A stretch of DNA of 60,070 nt, the filler included, from Porpidia crustulata (Eukaryota), in the NCBI GenBank assembly GCA_964255105.1. It is 6 parts of 6 records of this genome, joined end to end, with 100 filler letters (N's around TTAATTAATTAA, not from the genome) between each part and the next. Parts side by side here need not be neighbours in the genome. Positions count along the whole stretch, not along the records: positions 40,129 to 50,051 come from CAXUWE010000865.1; positions 50,152 to 60,070 come from CAXUWE010000866.1; 4 more parts are not named here. One strand, written 5' to 3'. Shown one piece after another: positions 48,239 through 60,070 of the stretch. A program made the translations under genes and the position numbers. Position 1 is the first letter of the stretch; each line of letters starts with the position of its first letter. A model generated the notes under the pieces. The model did not search any database, was not told the DNA's origin, and was given only the letters and a program-made list of their open reading frames with translations.

Positions 48239-48677
48239 ATGGCAAAGCAAATTGGAAGGTGAATTATTGATACGCTTATTCGGGTTCGCAAAACTCGCTC
48301 AATCTTCAATTCCTCCAGTAGAGTACGATCAAAATAAAATAATTGAGACAGTATCGAAGTCGCATGACACGAAAATGATTTCATCAATAACTTTGATTAG
48401 ATTTTGTTAATATGTCGCTCTTTGCTCAGTTCTTGATCGAGTTCATCTTCTATTGATTAAACTGATTGACTGTGATTTTCTTTCTTTGTTATAGTATCAT
48501 GCTCTCTTGCCCGCGAGATCAATTGACTTCCCAGCAAAATTGTAAAATGCTGATCAGTCTCGAGAATCTTCATGAGCTAAGATCTCAGTCAACATAGCTG
48601 TCAAGTTCCATAGCTATAAAGCTACGGATTATGCCGCAAGTCTAAGAACACACCGGATGTTTGCTTGTTCATTGTGT
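48239..48677 (+). repeat. Diverged direct repeat, copy 2 (upstream of dioxygenase)
   Basis: Colinear with 45601-45999 (same shared blocks). Confidence 0.85.
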
Positions 48678-49056
48678 TCCTGGACGCCTTGAAGCTCAAC
48701 CAATACTTGAATCCCATAATTGCAGAGCATTGAGAGTGACACGTTCAAGAAAGTTGGAACCAAAAATTTCATTGGCAACTGGGAAGACCCCACTTTGCGT
48801 GCGATGCAGCTTTCATGCAGGATCCCAAAGCCTTCCTCTCTATTGGCGCAAAGCCATCTCTTGAATGGATTGCTGACACAGTCATGAGCACCCGCTTGGC
48901 CAAACCAAGGAAAGGTCGGTCAGCTTGCCCAAGGTGGCGGCGGACTGTGCGAGATCAACGTCGTTACGACAATGCCTTATTCTTGCTCATATCCGCAAGC
49001 TTCCAAGTCATTATGTTTTTCCTTCATCATGCTAAACACCAATCGTCTACCCACTC

Positions 49057-50051
49057 ATGTCTCCAAATACCATCAATGGTTCCGCTCTTCCCACTCAGGT
49101 TGAAGATTATATACCAGTCTGGGGTGATTTCCCGGATGGCACAAGAACATCTGGCCAACATGCGCCATTCTACGATGAGTTGAGACCTTATGAGGACTTT
49201 CCGGAAGAGATTACTGGATTGACAGTATGGAAAGCGGAGGAATACCAGTCAAATCCTGAAGGTTGGACGCATCAATTGACTAAAGCAGAAATCAACGAAA
49301 TAAGCGAAGCAGCTGATCAATACAAAGCGAGAGGACTATCGCTTCTTCATATGTCAAAGGTTTTTGCAGTCATCATGATACTCAAACCCGTCGAAAACTG
49401 ACAAAAGCTTCTAAAGGAAAATTTCATATTGCCCCAACTGTCAAAATACATCGAATCCGTACGAGAGGAATTGATCAACGGCAAGGGCTTCATACTCTTC
49501 CAAGGCCTCCCCGTCACCGAATGGACCCGACACAAAACAGGAATCGCCTATCTAGGCCTCGGCGTGCATTTCGGCAACCTGATATCCCAAAACGGCAAGG
49601 GCCACATCCTGGGCCACATCAAAGACATGAAAGAAGACGCATCCCAAGTCGGCAAGATTCGATCCTACCGGACCAATAAAGCGTAAGTAACCATTATCAT
49701 AAACCCACGCCACGCTATCCCCTCTCAAAAGCTAAGAAAATCCCCCAAAAGCCAAGATTTCCACGCCGACTACAGCGATATCGTCGGTCTGCTCTGTCTC
49801 GCCCGCGCCAAAGAAGGCGGCGAATCCGATATCGTATCCACCCACCACGTCTACAACACCCTGCGCCGCGAATGCCCGGATGTGCTTCGCACCCTTGTCG
49901 AACCAATATGGTACTTTGATCGCAAAGGCGAAGTCAGCGAGGGCCAGGAGCCTTGGACCCGCAGTAGTGTTTTCTTCCTCGAACCGGCTGGGAGCGAAGG
50001 GCGTGTGTTTGCTAAGTAAGCCTCTTCCCCTCCTACCTGTCCCTTTTCCCC
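49057..50051 (+). CDS. TauD/clavaminate synthase-like Fe(II)/2-oxoglutarate dioxygenase, 3' truncated
   Basis: FPEEITGLTVW, ELINGKGF, SQNGKGHILGHIKD, FHADYSDIVGLLCL (HxD motif), EGGESDIVS, WYFDRKGE. Introns 49360-49416 and 49683-49751. Confidence 0.9.
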
Positions 50052-50151
50052 NNNNNNNNNNNNNNNNNNNNNNNNNNNNNNNNNNNNNNNNNNNNTTAAT
50101 TAATTAANNNNNNNNNNNNNNNNNNNNNNNNNNNNNNNNNNNNNNNNNNNN
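50052..50151. other. Artificial contig-joining spacer
   Basis: N44-TTAATTAATTAA-N44. Confidence 0.98.
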
Positions 50152-53100
50152 GGGTATCCCGAGGCGGGAGGGCGGGTTGCTGGACCCCGTTGCTTTGGAC
50201 TGCTGGGGGTACGGATGGGAAAGCGCTGGTTGAGGATGACGGTTGGACTCCGTCGTTCTGGGGGGTGTCAAGACCGGCGAACATGACATCCCAGTCATGA
50301 TTGCTGTTCGCGACTGGGGCTTGTTCTGGCATTTTACCGGTATTCGCGGAGCTGGAGATGCTGGATTCAAAATCACGGAAAGCGTCGTTGGAGAAAGTGC
50401 TACTCGGAGGCTGGGCGTTTATCCTTGATGAGCTGGGGGAGTCAAAAATGGGATTGAATTCATCAAATGTAGATTTGCTGGCAGTGCCGAAATCTTCGTC
50501 GACCTTGTCATCGGCTTCTTTGGCCTCGGAAAGATCGGCAAACTCATTATCAAACTCGTCTACCGGCTTCTTCGCAGGAATAGGGGGTTGCGGCTCAGCT
50601 GGAAGAGATGAATCTTCACCGTATGCATAAAGAGCGGCAGAGGAGCCGGGCGGCATTGGCGCTTGTCCATCGGGAGGCGTTGGCTCGACCATGGAGGGCT
50701 GAGCCGTCGTACCAGCTCCAAAGAAATTCATCACTGACTGGCCAAGTGTTGGCGACGCGGCTTTATCTACAGCGCGATTGATTGGGGGCGGCGAGCTTGG
50801 CGATATTGTTTGATCCTCACGAGAAGGTAGCAAGCCGCTATATTCAGCAGGAAATTGATTTGAACCCTTGCGATTGCCAAGATCTGACGAGGAGACAGTC
50901 TGATCATACGTAGGTGGTGAAACTTGAGCGCCGGGTGTCGGCAGCTGGCTTGTAGCTGACTCGTTCGTAGTGAAAGGAGGACGATTAGGTGCCATATTAA
51001 CCCCACCGCCAGTGAGATCAGATAGCCCATTTGGCGTGATTGATGGCTGTGATGGTGATTCTCGAGTCTTGCGTGGAGAAGCTGTGGTAAAGTCATCGTC
51101 GAAGCCTCGATTACTATCGCTATCACTATCGTCGACTCCAAATTCTTGAATAGGAGGGAACTCCCCACGGGGTTTAGTAGGCGCCTGGCCGCCTGAAGAC
51201 CCCACAGGAGCCTCATCATTCCCTTGTGCTGGCGCTTTTGTCGTATTGCCGAAGCCTACGAAAGCAGAATCAAAATCTTCTTTTGCAGACACGGGTGTTC
51301 GTGGTGGATCACCTGTGAGAGCAAAGGGATCGGCCCTGCTGGTCTGAGGAAGTTCTTGAGTATTACTACTGTGGAACGTATCCGCTGATGACTGGGAGAA
51401 ACTAGGCTGCGTCTCGTCTCCTGGAAACGATCCAGGAAGATCTCGGGAGGGGACAGACTGCAAGAGAGGGTGGCCGCCTTCATTTTGGGAAGACTGGTTC
51501 TTGTAGGAGCCAGCGTCGTTTGGATTGACTATTGCAGCCTGGCGATGCTGTGGCATCGATCCATTCGGATCATTATCTATCGCTTTGGACACTATCCCGC
51601 CCATAAATGGACTGAGGCCTTGCTGTGCCGTGGAATCGGAATAAGATAGAGACCTCTCCGGAGTATCAAAACTAGAATCTCCTCCCATACGACTAGGTGG
51701 ATGGTTCACGATGACGGAGGAGGTTGTCGAATCTGACCTTTCTAGATTTCGAAATGGCAGGAAACTTGAAGTAATCTGCCGAGACTGGGGAGGCGCTGGA
51801 GGAGCGATTTGAGGACTATCGTTGTAGGCTGACGTTAATGGAGAACCAGAAGGTGTAGGCACATCAGGTCCATCTGACGACTTCTCTGAATGTGCCACCT
51901 CACGAGAGTTGCTCAGGGATGCGGTTTGGAACGAGGTGGGGGGTGGCACCCTTGGCTGGGTGGAAGAGCCAAGGGAAGGACCGAAGAAATTGTCAAACGC
52001 AGTATGATTTGGCGATGACATACTCGGAGGACCAATAGCGGAGGGTTCTTCCTTGCTCAGAGAGTTGGCGCGTAGTCCTCGGAGAAAAGGATTCATGCTG
52101 GTCCCTGAAGCAGCAGGGCTTAAGGCCGGTAGTGGACTGCGAGCTTGTGGTTGAATCTCTATGACGCGCTTGGTCTCTTCTAGGTCACGCGTCGCCTCAA
52201 CATGCTCTTGCGTAGCTGCTTCAAGGTCTTCCTTGATCTTGTCCCGCTCAGCCTCATTCGTTGCTAATTGTTTCTTATTGATTGCGACTAGACCCTTTTG
52301 CTGTCGAGCCTCTGACCTCATTTTCTCTAATTGAGGCTTAAGCTGGCTAACTGCTGCGTTGGTCTCTCTAATTTTCTCCTTCAGGCTTGCGTTCTCCTGT
52401 TTGTCGATATTCAAGGCCGCAGCGAGCTTTTCATGCTGAACTTTCAGATCTTGATGACTGCCGTCAATCATGGCCATCTCTTGTTGCATCTTCCTGATCT
52501 CATTCCGCGAGCTCGATAAGCGTTCCTCCAACGCCTTCACCTCCGTAACTTCCTGCTCGTACGCAGCTCGCAATTGTGACAGGCGAGATTCGAAATCGCG
52601 CTTTTGGGATTGAGCCTGAGTCAAGTCCTGCTCGGTCGACACTCGCTTAGATTTCACTTCCTGCATCTGACCAGTGAGAGTACTGACTTGATTCGATAGG
52701 TTCGCAAGCTCCGTCGTCTCTTGAGTTAGCTTTTTACTGATCTCTGGGTCGTTGTCGCCGAGCAAGTCATCTATGGCGGACAGCTGTTTCGGTAGGAGCC
52801 CCCGACTTTGCACGGGACCAGCGGTGCTAGATGTACCGGTAGCTTGCGGAGTCATCATAGCTTGACCAAAGGATGAGGATGGCATGAAAGGTTTGAAAAC
52901 CGAAGTGGTTTGGGGTGACTGCGGCTGCTGCAATGCTTGTGGTGACCTCTGGCTTTGAGTCGGACTTGCACTGTAAATGGATGAATTGCCAGTCGCATTT
53001 GGGACGATTGGAGCCGTTGCTGGTGTTGGTACTGGTGCTGGTGCTGGTGTGGTGAAAGCGTCCAGGCCGAAGAGATCTTCTGTGGCCGATTGCTGCGCTG

Positions 53101-54575
53101 GCGCGTTTGCAGTTCTGTCAAATGCGTGGGCGGTGGACTGCTGTGGGGCTATAGGCTGTCGGCGCATACTTGGTGGTATCAGATCTGCCGATAGATTCTG
53201 TGGTAGAACGTTTCCACCACCTCGTTTTTGCTGCCGAATGAGATACATAGCAACCGCAAATTCGTCTCGCGTTAATTGCCCCTCAGAGTTGATATCTGCC
53301 AGATCCCAGATCTGTGCCAGGGCCTCCTCAGATAGTCCAGACCTGCTGAAAAATCCAACAGCTTGTTCTCCGGTAATGAAACCACGTTTAGCTGTGTCGA
53401 CGGTAGCATATATCTGGTCGAACTGTGCCTTGTCTGCAGCAGTCACGGCCCATAGGTGCGATCCCGTGGCTGCGCTTGACACTGGCGTTTGTCCATGTGG
53501 AGGTCGTGCTGGTGGTGTTGCTGTTCTCTCAGGGCCTGAGCCAGTGAACTGTCTTGGCATTGCAGAGACTGCACCAACACCCGATGAGGGTCTTGAGTCA
53601 CTAACATTCCGGGGAGCTCCACGTCTAGCCGCGGCTTCATAGAGACCTGCTGGTAGCGATTGGGGCAAGGCACGTAACGACCCGTTCTTGAACGACAGCA
53701 AAAGATGCATTGCAATGATGAATTCCGTCACTTCCAACAAACCTCTCTGTTCCGTGTCTGCAAGGTTCCATATTCGGCCAAGTACCTCATTTGGGAGTTG
53801 CGCTCGCTCAAATATTTGTTTGGCTACACTGCCTATCGGTTGCAGAGTCAGCAGCTTGTATGAACCAAGTAGTTCTTTCATGTACAGTACCAGATAGTAA
53901 GCCATTCTGAGCGCCTGACTCCTCGAATAATGACGAGTATTGGGTGACCTTGTCCGGCGTCAGCGGAGGCACCCGTATCGGCCCACTGCTGGCTTGAGGT
54001 TGTAGAGGTCCCGGAATCGCATTGGGCAATGGACCAGAGGGTACAGGAAATCCTTCAAATCTAGGAAGCGGGCCACCAGCTGATAAGAAATTAATTAGCA
54101 TCCGCAAGTTTTATGCGAAGCTCGACCCAGACTCACGCTTCAATGCAAGGTCTGCTGAGACCTGACGGCCTACTTGAGCGTATCCGATCAACCGAAGTAC
54201 AATAGCAAAGCCTGCAGACGTGAGAAACCCTCGATTTTCAGTGTCAGCGATCTGCCATATCTGGAATACCACTGTCGTCAGCTACAATCATTGGACTATC
54301 CGCTGATCTGGAGAATGTTTTCACCTCCCCTAATACTGCTGGCGGTAGTTTGGTCTTCTCAAAGAACTTCACCGCTACTTCGCCCGTTACAACACCAACG
54401 TTTTCGGCGTCTGCGGCGGAAAAAAGCTGCCTGAAAAGCCGCTTCTCCTGGGGGCTCAAGTCAAGCTCCGGGTGCTCTGGGATCGTATCAATTTTAGCAA
54501 CTTGCGCCGACAATCGCAAGACTGGTCTCTGAGTAGGCACTCACGCTGATCCATTAGTCCTCCAGAGTCCGCCAT
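50152..54575 (-). CDS. EDE1: EH-domain endocytic scaffold Ede1/Eps15, 3' truncated
   Basis: Three EH domains (LGEIWQIAD, LGRIWNLAD, LAQIWDLAD..DEFAVAMYLI), a long coiled coil and a P/S-rich tail with NPF and acidic-Phe motifs. Confidence 0.92.
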
Positions 54576-55019
54576 CTCATAGACGCCTTCCTCAATCGAG
54601 CGATCGTTTCGGCGTTCGCTGGATTTACAGACCCGGATACAAAGCGCCTTTGTTAGACAGACGTACGTCTCAACAGGAGTCAATTTAACTCGTAATGGTC
54701 GGTCTCGAAAAGCTGGACGAGAAGAATTGTGAAGCTGTCTAGCAGGTCCGCGATGCAGTCCACGATGCGAAGCCTTGATGATCAACACTCGTACGACCTA
54801 GGTAAGCTTTGGTCGCCCGAAAGAGTAACACGCCAAAAGCAGAGCCGCTTTTGCGACCGAGGCTAGATAATCACCTCTGTGGTACATCAACGTTACGCAC
54901 AGTCAGGGACGTCTCTACCAGATTTGCACGAGTGGACTGACAAGCTATATACTCCTACTATCCGTAAATTTTAAACAGACCCTGTAGCCATTATTACTGT
55001 ATTTTCCTAGCACGGCATT

Positions 55020-56218
55020 ATGGCGGAGAAACAGTCCACGCCTCCACCTCAAATGACTTCCTCTCACCCCAGCATTCTTCCAAGATCACCACTTACGCCA
55101 GAGCAGGTGAAGAAGATCGTAAGTCCGTCATACCCATAGCTCTCCCTTAGCCCGTTCGATTACTAAATAGAGACATCCAGGAGATAAATCGCTTGAAAGC
55201 AAAAGCGCTACGGGATCAGCGAGAAGCTGAAGCCCGAAGGAATAATCATCCCTCATCTCTGAAGCGTTCCTCAAGCGATCTTGCCGCTGGTCAAAAGCGT
55301 GGACACTCGGCCATCTCCCCCTCCAATGTTCCAGCTAGTCTACGAGATGGACGGAGCTTGGAGACTGAGAAAGGCAGCGTTTTTCGGCCGCTGGATAGCA
55401 TCCAGCCGGCGAGGAATTTCGCCAAATTTGTAGAGTATGACTTCAGCAAAATGACAGATACAAAAGGTGGCTTTCTCACAGTAGATGATGACCCACACAA
55501 CAAGGCGCTGCATGCACCCAATGCAGATGAAAAACCCGGACATATGACTATGAAGGAGTGGGAAAGACATCAACTTCTACGGTCCTTACGGGATCAAAAA
55601 GCCGGTCCTTTCGAGCCGGGTCTGAGTGTGCTCAAGCAAGAGCAGAACAAAGTTTGTAGAGAGTGCAGCAGTCTAGAAATAGATTGGAAGTGGGAGGACG
55701 TTTTTGGATGTTCTGTTTGTAATGCATGCAAAGAGAAATTGCCGGATAAATATAGCTTACTCACCAAGACCGAGGCCAAAGAAGATTATCTCCTAACAGA
55801 CCCAGAATTAAAAGATGAAGAATTATTACCACACATAGAAAGACCAAATCCCCACAAATCGACGTGGAATAATATGATGCTTTTCTTACGATATCAAATA
55901 GAAGAGTATGCCTTCTCGCCGAAGAAATGGGGATCCCCCGAGGCGCTTGATAGGGAGTTTACCAAGCGAGAGACCGACAAGAAGAAACGGAAAGAGGATA
56001 AGTTCAAGTCAAAGCTTCAAGAGCTGAAGAAAAAGACGCGGGTAGAAGCGTATCGGCGGAGCAGACAGGCCGGAGGTGGAGGAGGTGAATTTGGAGATGA
56101 GATTGGGAACGGTGGTAAACACACGCACACATGGGGTAGAGCAGTTGAGAATGAAGAAGGGGTGGGGGTGAAGACGTGCATTGAATGTGGCATGGATGTA
56201 GAAGAGCTCGAATTCTAA
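55020..56218 (+). CDS. RAD14: Nucleotide excision repair protein Rad14/XPA
   Basis: EYDFSKMTDTKGGF, zinc finger CxxC..CxxC, KYSLLTKTEAKEDYLLTD, RPNPH, C-terminal CIECG. Intron 55119-55179. Confidence 0.95.
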
Positions 56219-56810
56219 TTGGACTCTTGCCGTTCAGAGTCGTCTTGTATAATAAGACTTACCATGTTGAGTGCTATTGATGAGATACGATGTGGGACCA
56301 GATCAAGTTCCTACCACAGAGTTGGCCGGTTTCTGTTGAGCGTAACGTTTTACACATCCAAGTTAGAGTTGTTTGACACCTTTTCTCCCCACGCTTTCGG
56401 TTTTTGGGCGGAAAAGTCCCGATCTCAGCCCTTGTCCACTTATGGACTAGCGATTTTTCCGGGTAAAGCAACTCGAGGAGAGCGTCAACGTCAAAATGCA
56501 CCCTCATTTGAAGATCATGCGCAACTTAGTCCTGCTTGGTCAATCCCTCTCTTCCTCACTAAATCCAAGCTCTACACGCGGTGGTGTTATGTCTTCATTA
56601 TGATTTGTCCTCCTGGCGGTTTCTCAGCTTTCGAGTACCTCGAAAACACTCAATCCTCCCTGAACACAGCTTGGAGCTTTTCTTTACCCACCGCCTGCAA
56701 AATTTGCCCTCAGTTTCCAAGTACATCGAACTCGAGTTCAATCCAATCAACTGTGACCAGGAGTACGCCTCCTCCAGCCGCGCAGCAATCGCGAAAAGCC
56801 ACGGGCATAG

Positions 56811-59573
56811 ATGGCTTGGCAAAACTCCGCGGCCATGGGAGGGAACGGAGGGGTATCAGGTGGGTCAGGCGACGGGGGAAGCAATGGAGGACAACCTCAA
56901 GGGACGGAGTATACATTGCAAGGTACTGAATCCTGACCACGGAGTCTGTCTTCGAGCATTCTTCGATCAGCATACTTGGCTGGCGCTAATCTATTGTCAA
57001 TGCTTTCTCCATTGCAGGTGTAATGCGATTCCTTCAAACAGAATGGCATAGACATGAGCGGGACCGCAATGCGTGGCAAATAGAACGAGCGGAGATGAAG
57101 TCTCGCATTGGGAAGCTGGAGGGTGATGGGCGTACCAGTAAAAGGTTACAGGAGTCGCTTGGCAAGCATATCAAGATACTAGAGAATGCACTTCGGAGGG
57201 AACGTGATAAGGCCAAGAATGCCCAGGCAGAGGAAAACATGGAGGGAAGAAAGGACGGAAAGGAGAGCGAAAAGGAGAATCTCAAAATCATCTCGAAACG
57301 TGAGTCTCTATGAACCGCCGGAATTATATGCGCTGACCTTGAAAATCTAGCTACACCGCCTAAACCACACAATTCTTTCCTCGATCTCGGAGCGGAGGAG
57401 ACCAGCTCACCGGAGCTGAAGCAAGATACAGAGCGGGACAAATCGCGAGTCTACCTGGGAAAGTGTATACAAGAGGTCACTTATCATGTTGTTCCGATTA
57501 ACAATTCTCAGCAGCAATACGTGGATGATCAGGAACAAATGCTGCAGAACCACCACTATAGTAACAATCAACAGCAACCACGTCCATCGTTAGAAGAGGT
57601 CTATGTACAGCAACGTCAAAAGCAGCAACAGAATAGCATGGGGATATTAGGACCTTCGCCACTACCAAATCACCAACCACCTCCTATACCACGAGTAACG
57701 GATATACCTCCACTTTCTCGTGGTTCGCAACGACCAGAACAGGCCGCTCCAATGTCGCGGAGTATGCCTGAGCGGCAGTCTTTACACCATGCAGGGCCGT
57801 TGACAGCCATTGACTTACGAAGCCAGCCACAATCTGGCTACGGATTCCCTCAGGCAGAAGATTCGGTCGAAAAAGTTTCTCATCATTACGATTCATACGG
57901 CCGACCGATAGCTCCATCACAAGAAGAAGACAATCCACGGATATCAGAGGAGCCAGAAACTGCTGATACCGATGGCTGGAATTTTGACGAACCTCCAGAC
58001 CCTCCTCCAAGTGAGGAACAGCCGCCTCCAGAATACACAGGACCCCAAAGACCAGACACTGATGCTTTTCCGAATGCCAACAATATGGCCCTCAAGTCGC
58101 CACGTGGTGGACCAAGTTCTCACCGTAGAAAGAGCTCTCTCTCAAGAAGACGACAGAGTGATGGGTCGCACGAGCTGAGAGAGCTTTCGTCACAAAGCGG
58201 AGGTAGCATGAAAGGCGAGCTTGGACAATTCAAGATTCGCTTTGCGCTCCGAGGACATCTGGATGTCGTTCGATCCATCATATTCACTGGAGGAGGAAGT
58301 CCCTCGGAACCCGAGATATGTACCGCGGGCGATGACGGGGTTGTTAAGAGGTGGATCATTCCAGCTAGTTATAGTGGTTACGGGCCTCAACCTGGATCAG
58401 GGAACGATCTGGATATCCCAAGCTACTTCACTCATAGGGGTCACACCGGTGCGGTAATGTCTTTAGCGGCATCACCAGCTTCTCAAAGTTTCTCAGACGG
58501 CGGCAGAGCTCTGGGTGACGGCTGGGTCTTTTCCGGTGGTCAAGATGCCATGGTGCGAGTCTGGGAACGAGGAAGAGTTGATCCCAAGGCAACCCTGGAT
58601 GGTCACACCGATGCTGTTTGGACGGTCTGCGTGCTGCCTGGTACATCTGCCTCGGTACTAGGAGACCAGAGTATACATCATGGTGGCCCGGATCGGATCA
58701 TATTCGCCTCGGGCGGCGCAGATGGCACGATACTCATATGGGCCGTAAGCACGCCACCGCAACTCTCAACCCCTCATACTGGGTCTAGAAGAGGTCCAGG
58801 ACGAGGCCAAAGGGCTAATTCGGTGTCGTCCGGGTCGAACTTCCCTTCATCTCCACAGCCAAGCGTAGCAACATCAAGACCTTTCCATCACTCCTTGGTA
58901 CATCGCATAGAACGAGCTGATCATCCATCGCCAACATGTATATGTCCTCTGTCCATGTCTGGCGACACGTTTGTCGTAGCCTTTGCGGATGCCTCGGTTT
59001 TGATCTATGGTACCCGCACAGGAGAAGAGATGGTTGGTATGGCTAGCCTTGAAACCTACGACGGTACCGCAGGAAGTGGGGTGAATGCAGTCGCAGCTAC
59101 CACGATTGGTTTGGATGGTGCTCTTAGCTTCGATGCAAGCAGAGGCATCTCCAAGGAAGAAGCTGTTGTGCACGGGGCTACCGGCTCAAGCACCGGCGTT
59201 GAGGGCATGGTACTGAGTGGGCACGAAGACCGCTACATCAGGTTCTTCGATGCCAACAGCGGTAAGCCGACAACAGTCATCTTCTATCTATTCCAACTCT
59301 AATGTACAAGCAGGTCAATGCACATACAACATGCTCGCCCACCCCTCTGCCATCTCGGCGCTCTCTCTATCCCAAGACGGCCGCGAGCTCGTTTCCGCCG
59401 GCCACGACGCCAGCCTCCGCTTCTGGTCACTCGAGAAGCGTGCCTGCACCCAGGAGATCACCAGTCATCGCCTGATGCGCGGCGAGGGCATTTGCACCGT
59501 CGTCTGGAGCCAAGATGGCAGATGGGTCGTCAGCGGCGGGGGGGACGGCGTCGTCAAAGTCTTTGCCCGATGA
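56811..59573 (+). CDS. Striatin (Pro11/Far8/StrA; STRIPAK scaffold)
   Basis: [37 protein letters not shown] striatin N-terminal domain, plus C-terminal WD40 repeats ending DGVVKVFAR. Confidence 0.93.
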
Positions 59574-60070
59574 CCATGGCCGAAGTATTATATACCCCGA
59601 TCTGCGTTTCCACTTTCAAACCTCATCCTTCTTATCCTTTCTTCTCTTCATTGTCTTATACAGAAATCTCCAATCGGCTATACCTGGAACGGGTTGAATA
59701 CAGCTACGCGAGGCATCCGCATGCTCTTTTTTTTACTTGTACCCTGATGCCGTCTTATACCAAAGTTGCGTGCATGCATTATGGCGAAGCGAACCCTCGG
59801 ATCGTTTTTTCTTCTCACGTGTTCTCAGAACCAGACGGTTTGGTGGGTGTAGCGTGGGGGATGGGATGTATGGTAGATGGGGATTTTGTACATGAACGAC
59901 AGGAAATGGAGATGGTGCTCTTGTCGATCAGATCATGCACCGTTATTTCTCGGTGATTTTGGATTATCAGAAACCTTACGCATATACACGGACGGTCGCA
60001 TATGTTGACAAAAGGGGGTTCACTTATATGCAATCAACGCCGTCAGCCTTTTAGTGTATCCACGCACCGT

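Noticed and set aside
21098..50051. Treating the P450 and the OMT/SDR/dioxygenase as one gene cluster
   Set aside because: They lie on different contigs separated by artificial spacers.
36299..56218. MSH6 and RAD14 as a DNA-repair gene cluster
   Set aside because: Different contigs; their co-occurrence is an artefact of concatenation.
56219..56929. 236-aa ORF between RAD14 and striatin
   Set aside because: Non-ATG start, no motifs, and it overlaps the true striatin first exon in another frame.
1..60070. CRISPR arrays, rRNA, intact tRNA genes, transposase or RT ORFs, prokaryotic systems
   Set aside because: None seen; the sequence is intron-containing fungal DNA.

Overview
Eukaryotic DNA from a filamentous ascomycete (Pezizomycotina; short GT-AG introns with CTRAY branch sites). 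The window is not one locus. It is six unlinked ~9.9 kb contigs joined by identical 100-nt N44-TTAATTAATTAA-N44 spacers. Contig 1 (1-9935): STE6-type ABC exporter, PBDC1/DUF757 protein, NOG2 with an intronic H/ACA snoRNA (snR191/U19-like), a probable mitochondrial protein and a partial PLP aminotransferase. Contig 2: HSF, CWC27 and a Pin4/Cip2-like RRM-R3H protein. Contig 3: repeat debris, a broken cytochrome P450 gene, a hypothetical protein and a DDHD phospholipase. Contig 4: GH36/Sip1, mitochondrial TyrRS and MSH6. Contig 5 is the accessory region: secreted HEXXH protease, O-methyltransferase with a damaged splice acceptor, intronless SDR and TauD-like dioxygenase, plus a ~400-bp diverged direct repeat upstream of both the SDR and the dioxygenase, and two MITE-like elements. 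Contig 6: EDE1, RAD14 and striatin. Most of the window is ordinary housekeeping DNA, and I cannot claim a proven new system. The best leads are the contig 5 architecture, the broken P450 and the intronic snoRNA. All assignments were made by eye; no searches were run.
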